Below are positions 1 to 8,566 of a stretch of 64,000 nt of DNA, piece after piece. Made by a program: the position numbers and the translations under genes. Source of the DNA: Bacillota bacterium. GTDB taxonomy: Bacteria > Bacillota > Sulfobacillia > RBS10-35 > JAJYVN01. The stretch lies in assembly GCA_021803205.1 (NCBI GenBank), contig JAJZMB010000162.1, forward strand, positions 20,718-84,717, in the 5' to 3' direction. The notes beneath the pieces are model-generated. The model ran no database searches and was not told the origin of the DNA. It saw nothing but the letters and a program-made list of their open reading frames with translations. Within the stretch, counting starts at the first letter, position 1. Every line of letters begins with the position of its first letter.

Positions 1-896
1 GCGGTCGGACCGACGTTGAGCAGGTAGTTTCCGCCTTTGGAGACGATGTCCACGAGCAGCCGGATCAGCGTGCGCGGGGACTTCCACTGGCCGTCGTTGC
101 TCTTGAACCCCCAGGTGTCGTTCAGGGTGGCGGGCGTCTCCCAGGGCTCATGACGTACGCAGACAGGGATCTGGTTGTCCCCGGCGGATTCGTAGTCAGA
201 GGCGCCGTGGCCGACGCGGCTGTTGACCAGACACTTCGGTTGCAGGGTGTGGACCAGATCCCGCAACGCCTCGCTCTGCTCTCGGGTGATGACGCGGGGC
301 GTGTCAAACCAGATCAAGCCGATCGGCCCGTATTGGGTGAGAAGTTCACGCACTTGGGGTTCGGCCTTTTCGCGGAAGTAACGGGCGAAGTCCTTGCGTT
401 CCTCGTCGGGGAAGTCCCAGGTGTTACCAGCTGCGTCGGGGTGGTGCCAGTCTTGCGCCTGAGAGTAGTAGAAGCAGAGGCGCAGGCCTTCTGCGCGGCA
501 CGCCTCGGCAAGTTCCTTCAGGGGGTCGCGGTGGAACGGGGTGGCGTCGACGATGTCGTACGCGGTCGAGGGTGAGTCGTACATCGCGAAGCCGTCGTGG
601 TGCTTGGCGGTGATGACGATGTAGCGCATGCCCGCGTCCTTGGCCACCCGGACCCATGCCCGGGCGTCGAACTTCACCGGGTTGAACCGCCGGGCCAACT
701 GCTCGTATTCGGCGACGGGGATGCGCGCCCGATTCATGATCCACTCGCCGATGCCTGCGATCTCCTGGCCCTTCCAGACGCCGGCCGGAAGCGCGTACAG
801 GCCCCAATGGATGAACATGCCGAATCGGGCGTCCCGCCACCACGCCAGGGGATCGGACGCACCTGCCGCCTGAGCCGTATCCGCTGCCATGAGCAT
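1..896 (-). CDS. alpha-L-fucosidase, glycoside hydrolase family 29 (N-terminal about 298 aa; C-terminus runs off the 5' edge of the window)
   Basis: The ORF track omits this gene because it is truncated by the window edge. My own minus-strand translation from the ATG at 896 (a second in-frame ATG is at 890) reads MLMAADTAQAAGASDPLAWWRDARFGMFIHWGLYALPAGVWKGQEIAGIGEWIMNRARIP...FAMYDSPSTAYDIV...LCFYYSQAQDWHHPD...GLIWFDTP. That is the canonical GH29 fucosidase N-terminal signature. GC3 is very high. Confidence 0.75.
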   Translation of the reverse strand, partial: MLMAADTAQAAGASDPLAWWRDARFGMFIHWGLYALPAGVWKGQEIAGIGEWIMNRARIPVAEYEQLARRFNPVKFDARAWVRVAKDAGMRYIVITAKHHDGFAMYDSPSTAYDIVDATPFHRDPLKELAEACRAEGLRLCFYYSQAQDWHHPDAAGNTWDFPDEERKDFARYFREKAEPQVRELLTQYGPIGLIWFDTPRVITREQSEALRDLVHTLQPKCLVNSRVGHGASDYESAGDNQIPVCVRHEPWETPATLNDTWGFKSNDGQWKSPRTLIRLLVDIVSKGGNYLLNVGPT

Positions 897-1387
897 CAAC
901 ACCCTTTCATCCCGGGCCGCGCCGACCTCGGTCGCTGCCGCACGCCCCCGGCTCAGCTTGGGGCACATGCCCTTGGCCGGTGGCGTTCGCCGCTGGGATG
1001 CCACGGCCTTCCGGGGAGTGTCGCTCATCACGCGGGTACCCGCGGCTGGCCCGGCCGGCGCCGACGGGGATCGCCGCTTCGCCGCCTGCGGGGATATCGG
1101 GCAAGCGCGGAAGGGCCCGGGACGCCATGTTCGGCAGGTCGGAAAACATATGGCCAGAGCCATCGGGCGCGGGAGTGGCTTGAGGTGAGATTGCGAACGG
1201 GGAGGCGCATGGGCCCGTACGGTCGGGCGGCTGGTCTCCAAAACGGAACCCTGCCGGGGCCCGCGTCTCCGACGGGATGGCGCCAGCGGCACGACGAGCG
1301 GACATCCGTCCCCGCGCACCCCTTCCCCACCCGCCTCCCGGGGTGGGCGCAGTCTGCACCAGACCGTACGGCCCCCCATAGCCTGGC

Positions 1388-2581
1388 GTGAACGTGGGGG
1401 GTCGTGAAATGCCAGGCGCGGTTAGCTCCTATCGGCTCCGCCGGGCGGTGGCGGGAGTCGGGACGCCGGCCCTTCGTCCGGACGACATCGCGCGACTCTA
1501 TCACCTCGATCGCTTCCACGCCCGGGGGATCTATGGGCAGGGTCAACGCATCGGCTTTGTGGAGTTCGCGCTGCCGAGCAGTCGCGACGACGCGCTGTTC
1601 TGGTCCAAGTACAGCCTGCGGCCCGAACTGAACACGCCGGCGCGTGCGGTGCTGCTGCCGCGGTCTCGTTCCTCCCCGGCCGCCCTGGGCGAAACCGACC
1701 TCGACCTGCAGTACGCCGGGGCGCTGGCGCCCGGCGCCCAACTCAAGGCCTATGTGATCGACGGGGGCGCGCCGCTTGCCTCCTTCCCGCCGTTGCTCTG
1801 GGGCGCTCTGCGCGCGGCGGCCGCGGATGGCATCCGCGTGGTTTCCATCAGCCTGGGCGCCGGGGACGCGGACATTGGTGGGTGTGGTCCCATCACCGAT
1901 CCGGTCAGCGGTACCGGCTGGCCGGATGCACGAACGTTCTGCTCAGAACTCGATGCGTGGATCCGGGCGCAGGGTATGCTTTGCTTTGTATCGGCCGGCG
2001 ATAGCGGGGCCTACGCCGCGTTTCCGGCCGACAGCAGGGTCCAGGCTTCCTGGCCGGCGACTCAGGCCGCTGTGATCGCCGTCGGCGGCACTCAACTGGC
2101 GGTGCCGAGGGATGCCGCTTCGGGCGAGCAGGCGTGGGGCGGGCAGACGCTGGATCCGTCAGCTCCCGGATATGACGCCTCCAACACGCTGCCCCTGGCC
2201 AGTGGCGGTGGTGGCGCGAGCGCGTTTCTGCCCGCACCGGATTGCCAACTCCCCCTTGGGGTCACGTTCCGCATGACCCCCGACGTGGCGGCCTTCGCCG
2301 GCCCACTGGTGGTGGTGGACCGGGGGACGCAGATCCCGGTCTGGGGCACGAGCGCCTCCGCGCCCATAGTCGCTGCCATTGCCACCCTTTACGGCCAGGC
2401 GACCGGGAGGATCCTCGACCATACCGCGCTGTACGCGGGCGCGCGGGACGTCACGACGGGGAACAACTACAACGACAGTCTGCTGCGGGCGGGGCTCGGC
2501 GCATTTGCCGTGGCCGGTCCGGGCTTCGACGAGTGCACGGGGATGGGCGTACCCGACGCGGCCTCGCTGCCTGGATGTTAG
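1388..2581 (+). CDS. S53 (sedolisin/kumamolisin-like) serine-carboxyl peptidase, catalytic domain only
   Basis: GTSASAPIVAAIA around the catalytic Ser and SAGDSG around the Asp are sedolisin hallmarks. The region ETDLDLQYAGALAPGAQL aligns to the start of the catalytic domain. There is no recognisable propeptide or signal peptide upstream in frame. Confidence 0.55.
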   Translation: MNVGGREMPGAVSSYRLRRAVAGVGTPALRPDDIARLYHLDRFHARGIYGQGQRIGFVEFALPSSRDDALFWSKYSLRPELNTPARAVLLPRSRSSPAALGETDLDLQYAGALAPGAQLKAYVIDGGAPLASFPPLLWGALRAAAADGIRVVSISLGAGDADIGGCGPITDPVSGTGWPDARTFCSELDAWIRAQGMLCFVSAGDSGAYAAFPADSRVQASWPATQAAVIAVGGTQLAVPRDAASGEQAWGGQTLDPSAPGYDASNTLPLASGGGGASAFLPAPDCQLPLGVTFRMTPDVAAFAGPLVVVDRGTQIPVWGTSASAPIVAAIATLYGQATGRILDHTALYAGARDVTTGNNYNDSLLRAGLGAFAVAGPGFDECTGMGVPDAASLPGC

Positions 2582-2607
2582 CGGCCTCGCAAGAAAGGAC
2601 TTTGGCA

Positions 2608-2794
2608 GCGCCGTCCTGGTACTGTCCTCCGCACTGGCAGGTCCTGGGCCGGGGTGCGGACTCATGAAGCGGCGAATCGGGCCTGCCCGTCCGTGCACAC
2701 CCTCTGGGGCCGCCTTTCCGACCTCTGAGCCGATGTTCCGGGCCGTCGTCGGCGCCAACCGCTACCAGTGCGGAGGACAGTGCTAGGACGGCGC
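2608..2794 (+). repeat. MITE-like repeat element, copy 1 (about 30 bp terminal inverted repeats)
   Basis: Terminal inverted repeats gcgccgtcctggtactgtcctccgcactggcag ... ctaccagtgcggaggacagtgctaggacggcgc. The highly conserved core ggcctgggccggggtg.ggactcatgaagcggcgaa.cgggcctgcccgtccgt.cac.ccct.tggggccgcc is shared with the copies at 11720-11888 and 40304-40473. Confidence 0.8.
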
Positions 2795-3367
2795 AAGGGG
2801 GCCCCGCGTACGTCGGCGGATGTCTGACTCGGCCAGGGCTACGGCCAAGGCGTCGTCGAGGTAGCCGACGGGGAACAGGAAGTCGTCGATGGCGTCGACG
2901 GCCAGAAGGAAGTAGAGGACGGCGCTCCCCGCCACCAGGCGCACCTCGCGTGGGGCGCCGCCCCCTTGCTGGTAGAGTTGGCCGAGGGCCAAAAGGCGTT
3001 CGACCACTGGCCCCCTGGCGCCCAGGGCCGCCAGTTTCCGTTCCAACCCATCCCGCGCCAGGGCGAGGGCTTCGTCCGTGGCCGCGTATTCGCGCAGTCG
3101 CTCCAGCCGTTCGGCGACATGCGCGATGAGTTCGGGAGGCGCCGGGTCGACCCCCAGGGTGCGCAGCGCCTCCACAGGGTCGTCCATGGGTGGAGCGATG
3201 CCCGCAGCACTCAGAAGAGCGGCGGCCGGGCAGCCGAGCGCCGGTGCCAGTGCCCGCAGCAGGGCGGGGGTCGGCCGGGTCTGTCCGGAGAGCAGGCGCG
3301 ATACGCTGGAGTGGCTTACCTCCGCGGCCCTCGCCAAACCGCGTAACGACAACCCCGCCTCGGACAT
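2783..3367 (-). CDS. XRE-family HTH domain fused to a DUF1232 (YkvA-like) membrane domain
   Basis: The N-terminus MSEAGLSLRGLARAAEVSHSSVSRLLSG is XRE-HTH-like. The C-terminus LVAGSAVLYFLLAVDAIDDFLFPVGYLDD matches the DUF1232 motif. Only the 3'-most 585 nt of the 561-aa track ORF looks genuine. Confidence 0.5.
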   Translation of the reverse strand: MSEAGLSLRGLARAAEVSHSSVSRLLSGQTRPTPALLRALAPALGCPAAALLSAAGIAPPMDDPVEALRTLGVDPAPPELIAHVAERLERLREYAATDEALALARDGLERKLAALGARGPVVERLLALGQLYQQGGGAPREVRLVAGSAVLYFLLAVDAIDDFLFPVGYLDDALAVALAESDIRRRTRGPLAPS

Positions 3368-3623
3368 CCTTCTCCGGATCAGACGCGCCAGGTCCCGGTC
3401 CGCGCGGACCACCCCCCGGCGCGCGGCCCACCGGCCATGCTTTATCCATATGGTGAGTGTGCACAGGCGATGACCGGATGCGGCTGGGACGCGAGGAAAT
3501 GCGGGCAGGTGGGCGTCGAGTCTGCCGGGACTCGGTGGCTTGAAGCACCGGGGCGCGGGGTGGCTCTGGCCTGCGCGGGTTCCCACCGCCCGCGCCGTGC
3601 ACTCCTTGGCCATAGGATTCCGC

Positions 3624-4448
3624 CTATGATACGACCGCCCGCAGCGATTCGGACAGGTGGAGGGCCGAGGCGTTTTCGCCCTCGACCCGGTAGGCCCACG
3701 GCCCCTCGTTCCAGAGCACCCATACCGCCGTGTTGTCCGGGGACAGCGCCTGCACGACGGTGCCGGCGGTCCCGCCAGGGACCGGAGACCGGCCGCCGGG
3801 CACCTGGGCGACGAGCTTGTGCGCGTACGGCAGCAGTGCCTTGGCATCCCGGCCCAGTCCCGTGGTATCCACGACCTCGTACACCCAGCCACCCGTCCGC
3901 CAGCGCAGGAGCGAGTAAAAAAGGTTGGCACTCTGGGCGTAGAAGGTGCCCACCAGGCCCGGAGCGATCGGTTGCGCGACGCCGTCGGCGACGGGCTTGG
4001 CATAGGCCGGGGTGGGCCCGAGTGCGCCCGGGAAGCCAGCCCGGACCGCGCCCAGCAGATCGGCTTGAGGGACGCCCTTGAGGCTGTTCGGCGCCGCCGG
4101 GGTCGGGGATGTCGCGATATCGACGCTGTAGGTGTGGCTGTCCGCCTGCACCGTGAAGTAGTACGAGCGCCCGGTTCCAGCGGCGGGCAGCCACGACGGC
4201 AGGAGCAGAGGAGGCCCCGCCGGGCGAAGCAGGGGCAAGACCGGCGCGAGCACAGATGCGGCCGCGCCCGCGGGTGTGGTGATGGCGCTTTTGACGGGCG
4301 CCGGGGACGACGTGGCTGCGGACCCCGCCGTCGACGAGGCTGGTAATTTGGAGCGGGAAGGCCGCGTGGAATGCGGCCTGTGCCCACATCCTCCGGCGGT
4401 AAGCGCCGCCGCGACGAGCAAGGCAAGAAAGGCGCGACGCCGTGCCAT
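3624..4448 (-). CDS. hypothetical lipoprotein
   Basis: MARRRAFLALLVAAALTAGGC is a signal peptide with a lipobox (LTAGGC). The mature part is Ser/Ala/Pro-rich. GC3 is high. Confidence 0.5.
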   Translation of the reverse strand: MARRRAFLALLVAAALTAGGCGHRPHSTRPSRSKLPASSTAGSAATSSPAPVKSAITTPAGAAASVLAPVLPLLRPAGPPLLLPSWLPAAGTGRSYYFTVQADSHTYSVDIATSPTPAAPNSLKGVPQADLLGAVRAGFPGALGPTPAYAKPVADGVAQPIAPGLVGTFYAQSANLFYSLLRWRTGGWVYEVVDTTGLGRDAKALLPYAHKLVAQVPGGRSPVPGGTAGTVVQALSPDNTAVWVLWNEGPWAYRVEGENASALHLSESLRAVVS

Positions 4449-5836
4449 CCTTCGACTCCTTCTGCCACAGGCTATCATGGTTTGGGGGTGAGTGGGTGCA
4501 GTGGGAGCTGCCGGAATTCGTGCGGGCTGTCGCGCGCGATCTCCTTGTGGCGGGCCATTCCTGCTATCTGGTGGGCGGTGCCGTGCGAGACGGCCTCCTT
4601 GGGCGGACGCCCCACGACTACGACCTGGCGACGGATGCGGCGCCTGGGGTTGTTGCTGCTCTGTTTCCCGGTGCGGTGGCCGACGATGCGGCTTTCGGGA
4701 GGGTGTTGGCGAGTGGGGTCGATGTGCTGACGTTGCGCCGGGAGTCCGAATACAAGGACCGGCGGCGACCGAGCCGGGTGACGTTCAGCCGCAGCATCCG
4801 CGCGGACCTGGCCCGGCGGGACTTCACAATGAATGCGATGGCGGTGGACCTCCGGACGTCGGAAGTAGTGGACCCCTTCGCGGGACGGCGTGATCTGGCG
4901 CTCGGGGTACTGCGGGCCGTTGGTCCGCCGGAGCGCCGCTTTCGCGAGGACGCACTGCGCGTATTGCGGGCGGTGCGCCTCCGCGCGCAGCTCGGGCTGT
5001 CCTACCACCCGGTCCTGGCGGCGGCCCTGACGGCGGCGGGAGAGGCGGATCTGCTCCGGGACCTGTCTGCCGAGCGGGTACGCGACGAACTCACCGCCTG
5101 CCTGATGGCGCCGGGATGCGGCGTGGCCCTGCGGGACCTGCAGCGGCACGGGCTGCTGAGGCGCGTCCTGCCGGAGTGTCTGCCCACGGTGGGATGCAGC
5201 CAGACCAATCCCATGCACCTCTATGACGTGTGGGAGCACAGCGTGCGGGCAGTGGAGGCGGCGACGCCACAAGCTGAGCTCCGCTGGGCTGCCCTGCTGC
5301 ACGACGTGGCCAAGCCTGCCTGCCGTACAGTCGACGTACAGGGGATGACGCACTTCTACGGCCACGAGACGGCCGGCGCTGGCGCAGCGGCCGCGATCCT
5401 GCGGCGCCTGCGCTTCCCGGAGGCCTTCACGCGCCGTGTGGCGGCACTGGTGCGGTACCATATGTTCTCCTACGCAGCGGAGACCAAGCCGGGGGCGGCA
5501 CGGCGGCTGGTGCTGGCGCTTGGCCGGGATGGCGTGCGGGGCCTGCTGGAACTGCGGCGGGCGGACCGGGCCGCCTCCCGGTGGGGGCAGGGCTACGGCC
5601 CGGAGGGGGAGCGGTTGCTGCTGCACCTGTGTGCGCTGGATGAGGCGGGGGAGCGGTTCGAACTGCGGGATCTCGCCGTCGACGGGCGCGACGTGATGGA
5701 GGCGCTGGCGTTGACGCCGGGGCCGCGCGTGGGCGAGGTGCTGCGGACACTGCACCAGATGGTGCTCGACGAGCGGGTGGAGAACAGCCGGGAGGAGTTG
5801 CTGGGGGCGATCAGGGAGGGGTTTGGGGCATCCTGA
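4442..5836 (+). CDS. cca: CCA-adding tRNA nucleotidyltransferase with an HD domain
   Basis: The polymerase-beta head motif LVGGAVRDGLLGRTPHDYDLAT is present. The tRNA-NT core RDFTMNAMAV is present. An HD domain (LLHDVAK...YGHE) is present. The true start may be a GTG slightly downstream of 4442. Confidence 0.8.
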   Translation: MPSFDSFCHRLSWFGGEWVQWELPEFVRAVARDLLVAGHSCYLVGGAVRDGLLGRTPHDYDLATDAAPGVVAALFPGAVADDAAFGRVLASGVDVLTLRRESEYKDRRRPSRVTFSRSIRADLARRDFTMNAMAVDLRTSEVVDPFAGRRDLALGVLRAVGPPERRFREDALRVLRAVRLRAQLGLSYHPVLAAALTAAGEADLLRDLSAERVRDELTACLMAPGCGVALRDLQRHGLLRRVLPECLPTVGCSQTNPMHLYDVWEHSVRAVEAATPQAELRWAALLHDVAKPACRTVDVQGMTHFYGHETAGAGAAAAILRRLRFPEAFTRRVAALVRYHMFSYAAETKPGAARRLVLALGRDGVRGLLELRRADRAASRWGQGYGPEGERLLLHLCALDEAGERFELRDLAVDGRDVMEALALTPGPRVGEVLRTLHQMVLDERVENSREELLGAIREGFGAS

Positions 5837-5895
5837 TCACGTGCGGCGCCATCCGGCCGAACACCATCGTCCGCAGAGGACCGCGCCGGCCAAGG

Positions 5896-5919
5896 CGGTG
5901 ATGTAAAGCGGCATCACCG
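5896..5919. terminator. candidate stem-loop between the convergent cca and spx-like genes
   Basis: cggtgatg-taaagcgg-catcaccg forms an 8 bp stem. There is no clean U-tract on either strand. Confidence 0.25.
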
Positions 5920-5942
5920 GACGGAAAGAGCTCTGCCGCCGG

Positions 5943-6293
5943 CTACCCGAACATCCCCTCCAGGCTCCGCCGGTCGAATCCGATCACCACGCCGTGGCCG
6001 TCCGAGATGATGGGCCGCCTGAGGAGCCTTGGCTCTTCTGATAGCAGGTCCAGTAACGCTTCGTCCGTGAAGGTCCGGCCGGAGAGGCCCAGTTCCTTGA
6101 ACCGGATGCTGCGGCACGACAGCAGGGCCTGCGCGCCGCCGGGGTGGCGGGAGGCGATATCGGCCAACTCCTGCCGCGTGGGGCGCTGGTTCCAGACGTG
6201 GCGTTTCTCGCAGGCGATCCCCCTGCGTGCCAGCCACGCCGCCGCGTTGCGACACGACGTGCAACTCGGCAGTTCGAACATGCGTACTGCCAT
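5943..6293 (-). CDS. Spx/ArsC-family redox-sensing regulator-like protein
   Basis: MAVRMFELPSCTSCRNAAAWLARRGI carries the N-terminal CxxC of the Spx/ArsC family and the protein is 116 aa. A perfect RBS GGGAGGA lies 7 nt upstream of the ATG. Confidence 0.7.
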   Translation of the reverse strand: MAVRMFELPSCTSCRNAAAWLARRGIACEKRHVWNQRPTRQELADIASRHPGGAQALLSCRSIRFKELGLSGRTFTDEALLDLLSEEPRLLRRPIISDGHGVVIGFDRRSLEGMFG

Positions 6294-6356
6294 GGCCCAT
6301 CCTCCCGGTGACGTGTCTTTCGGTGCTTCGGGGCGCCTCCCTCCCGGCATCGGTGT

Positions 6357-6403
6357 GCCGGCCGTCCGGTCCGGCCGTCCGGTCCGGCCGTCCGGTCCGG
6401 TCG
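6357..6403. repeat. tandem repeat, 13 bp unit (ccggccgtccggt) about 3.5 copies, in a divergent promoter region
   Basis: Read directly: gccggccgtccggtccggccgtccggtccggccgtccggtccggtcg. It lies between the divergently transcribed spx-like gene and the lpd-like gene. Confidence 0.7.
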
Positions 6404-6497
6404 ACCCTGCGGAGGCCGGCCGCGGAGGGAAACATGCCATCTGAGGGGAAGCGGTCAAAGGTCCGCGTCCCGTCACTGGAGGAGGCATCCCCGCATC

Positions 6498-7883
6498 ATG
6501 CAGGTCATCATCATCGGCGGCGGTCCCGGCGGGTACGCCGCGGCCATCGGGCTGGCCCAGGGCGGTGCGGATGTGCAGCTGGTCGAAGAGGCTCTGCCCG
6601 GCGGCACCTGCCTTCATCGGGGCTGCATCCCGACCAAGGCCCTGCTGGAGACGGCCCGCCTGGCGCGCGAACTTGCCGCGGCCGCCGACTTCGGCCTGTC
6701 GTCCGCCCCGGTGTCGGCGGTGGACTGGTCGGCGGTCCGCGCGCGTCAGCGGAAGGCGGTCTCCGCCCTGACGCAGGGGCTCAGCCAATTGTTGAAAGCC
6801 AACGGCGTCGTCGTGGTCCACGGCCGGGGGGGCCTGCTGCCGCCCGATTCCCTCGGTGCCGTCCCGGCCGTCCGCGTCGCCGGGCCGGACGCCGGCGACC
6901 TGCGCGCGGACGCCGTGGTCCTGGCGCCCGGGTCGCTGCCGGCGCGCCCGCCGGTGCCCGGACTCGATCTTCCTGGTGTGGTCGACAGCGACGGCCTCCT
7001 GGAGATCGGTTCGCCGCCGCGGCGCCTGGTCATTGTGGGTGGCGGCGCGATTGGCTGCGAGTTCGCCACCGCGCACGCGGCCCTCGGCGCGGAGGTTGCC
7101 ATTGTGGAGGCCCTGCCGCAATTGCTACCCGCCGCGGATGCCGAGATCGCCCGCCGCCTGCAGTCCGCCTTCCGCCGGAGGGGTATCGCGGTGCACACGG
7201 GAGCGCGCCTGGTGCACGTGGAGCCCGGGCCGGAGGTGCATGTCGAAACGGCCGCCGGGATGTTGGCGTTACCGGCGGACACGGTGCTCATCGCGACCGG
7301 GCGCCGCCCCCGCACGGCGGGCATGGGTCTGATGGAGGCCGGCCTCGCCTTCGGTCAGGGGGGCGGTATTGTGGTGGACGAGAGCTTCGCCTGCCCGGGG
7401 GTACGTGGTGTGTGGGCACTGGGCGATGCACTCGGCGGGGTCGGATACGCGCACGGGGCGTTCCGTCAGGCCGCCACCGTGGTGGCGGCAATCTTGGGCC
7501 GTCCCCTGCCCCCCATGCCTCCCCTGCCGCACGTGGTCTATTCCGCACCGGAGGTCGCCTGGGTCGGGGCGGCGGATGGCGCGCGCGTCGCGCGGGTGCC
7601 GTTTGCGGCACTGGGACGCGCCCATGCGGCCGGGGACGTCGACGGCCTGTACAAGGTGGTCGCGGACGATGCGGGGCGTGTGTGCGGAGTCCATGTGATC
7701 GGCGCCCATGCGACCGAACTCCTGGCGGCGGGTTGCATCGCGGTGGCGCGCGGGCTCAGCCTGCAGGAACTGGGATCGGCGCCGCTGCCCCACCCGACCT
7801 GGGGTGAGGGTCTGGTGGAGGCTGCGCAGTTGGCGATGGGCGCGCCCCTGCATCTGCCCCCGCCGTTGCGCCAGCGCTCTTGA
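6498..7883 (+). CDS. FAD-dependent pyridine nucleotide-disulfide oxidoreductase, dihydrolipoyl dehydrogenase family
   Basis: The FAD-binding GxGxxG (IIGGGPGG) is present. The redox-active disulfide GGTCLHRGCIPTK is present. A second Rossmann fold (VIVGGGAIGCEFA) and a C-terminal dimerisation region are present. The RBS GGAGGAGG precedes the ATG. Confidence 0.65.
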   Translation: MQVIIIGGGPGGYAAAIGLAQGGADVQLVEEALPGGTCLHRGCIPTKALLETARLARELAAAADFGLSSAPVSAVDWSAVRARQRKAVSALTQGLSQLLKANGVVVVHGRGGLLPPDSLGAVPAVRVAGPDAGDLRADAVVLAPGSLPARPPVPGLDLPGVVDSDGLLEIGSPPRRLVIVGGGAIGCEFATAHAALGAEVAIVEALPQLLPAADAEIARRLQSAFRRRGIAVHTGARLVHVEPGPEVHVETAAGMLALPADTVLIATGRRPRTAGMGLMEAGLAFGQGGGIVVDESFACPGVRGVWALGDALGGVGYAHGAFRQAATVVAAILGRPLPPMPPLPHVVYSAPEVAWVGAADGARVARVPFAALGRAHAAGDVDGLYKVVADDAGRVCGVHVIGAHATELLAAGCIAVARGLSLQELGSAPLPHPTWGEGLVEAAQLAMGAPLHLPPPLRQRS

Positions 7884-7943
7884 TTAGTTGCGCGTTCTAA
7901 TCTAAAATCATTTCAGATACGGATCCGTGAGGGGGACGGCGGC
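7884..7943. promoter_or_regulatory. AT-rich candidate Fur/PerR-type operator upstream of the fur-family gene
   Basis: tgattagttgcgcgttctaatctaaaatcatttcaga contains the inverted repeat GATTAG-N9-CTAATC and the 4-1-4 palindrome aaatcattt. It is the only AT-rich stretch in this neighbourhood and sits immediately 5' of the regulator. Confidence 0.3.
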
Positions 7944-8402
7944 GTGCGTTCGGTCGAGGAACTGGTCGAGCGGGTCCGAGCGCGGGGCGGTAAGGTGACA
8001 CCCCAGCGGGTGCTGATCTACCAGGCGCTGTGCGGCGACACCTCGCATCCGACGGCCGAACTGCTGCACGCCCGTCTGCAGGGATTGTTGCCGCACCTGT
8101 CACTGACAACGGTGTACGCTGCGCTCAACGATCTGGCCGAGGCGGGAGAGTTGCGTCGCTTCCAATCTGGGGACGGTCAGGTCCACTACGATCCTGACAC
8201 GCGGCCCCACGCCGAACTGATCTGTGTTCGCTGCCGGAGGATCCAGGACGCGCCGGCGCCGCATGGCCAGCAGCCGCTGCCGGCCGAGGTGGCAGGGTTC
8301 CGCGTGCTGGCGCGGACGGAGTTGCTGCACGGCCTGTGCCCGGATTGCGCGCGGGAAATGGCGGCTGGGGAGCCGGGTATGGAAGCGAGCGGCGTGGGAT
8401 AA
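7944..8402 (+). CDS. Fur-family metalloregulator (Fur/PerR/Zur-like)
   Basis: GTG start with the RBS GAGGGGGA. The DNA-binding helix TPQRVLIYQAL is present. The metal-site motifs HAELICVRC and CPDC are present. Confidence 0.75.
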   Translation: MRSVEELVERVRARGGKVTPQRVLIYQALCGDTSHPTAELLHARLQGLLPHLSLTTVYAALNDLAEAGELRRFQSGDGQVHYDPDTRPHAELICVRCRRIQDAPAPHGQQPLPAEVAGFRVLARTELLHGLCPDCAREMAAGEPGMEASGVG

Positions 8403-8566
8403 TTGGCGGCTGCAAGCGTCCGCTGTGGCGCGCCCGCTGCCTCAGGCCCGCGGCTTGATCCATCCAGCCTGGCACCTCAGGCCCCAGGTCGCTGCGGACG
8501 CGTCGCGTCCTTCGCTCCCGGCATCTTTGGCGTGCGTGTTGCGGGTCCGAGGAAGGGGGAGCGTCA

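Noticed and set aside
889-1391. Short ORFs in the 490-bp divergent region between GH29 and the S53 peptidase (889-1188, 597-1391)
   Set aside because: They overlap the fucosidase start in antisense or are Arg/Gly-rich without an RBS. The region is more likely a divergent promoter.
2783-4468. 561-aa ORF, and the overlapping 315-aa and 284-aa frames
   Set aside because: Only the 3' 585 nt (HTH-DUF1232) and the 3624-4448 lipoprotein frame have protein-like sequence. The rest is Arg/Pro-rich read-through in a high-GC frame.
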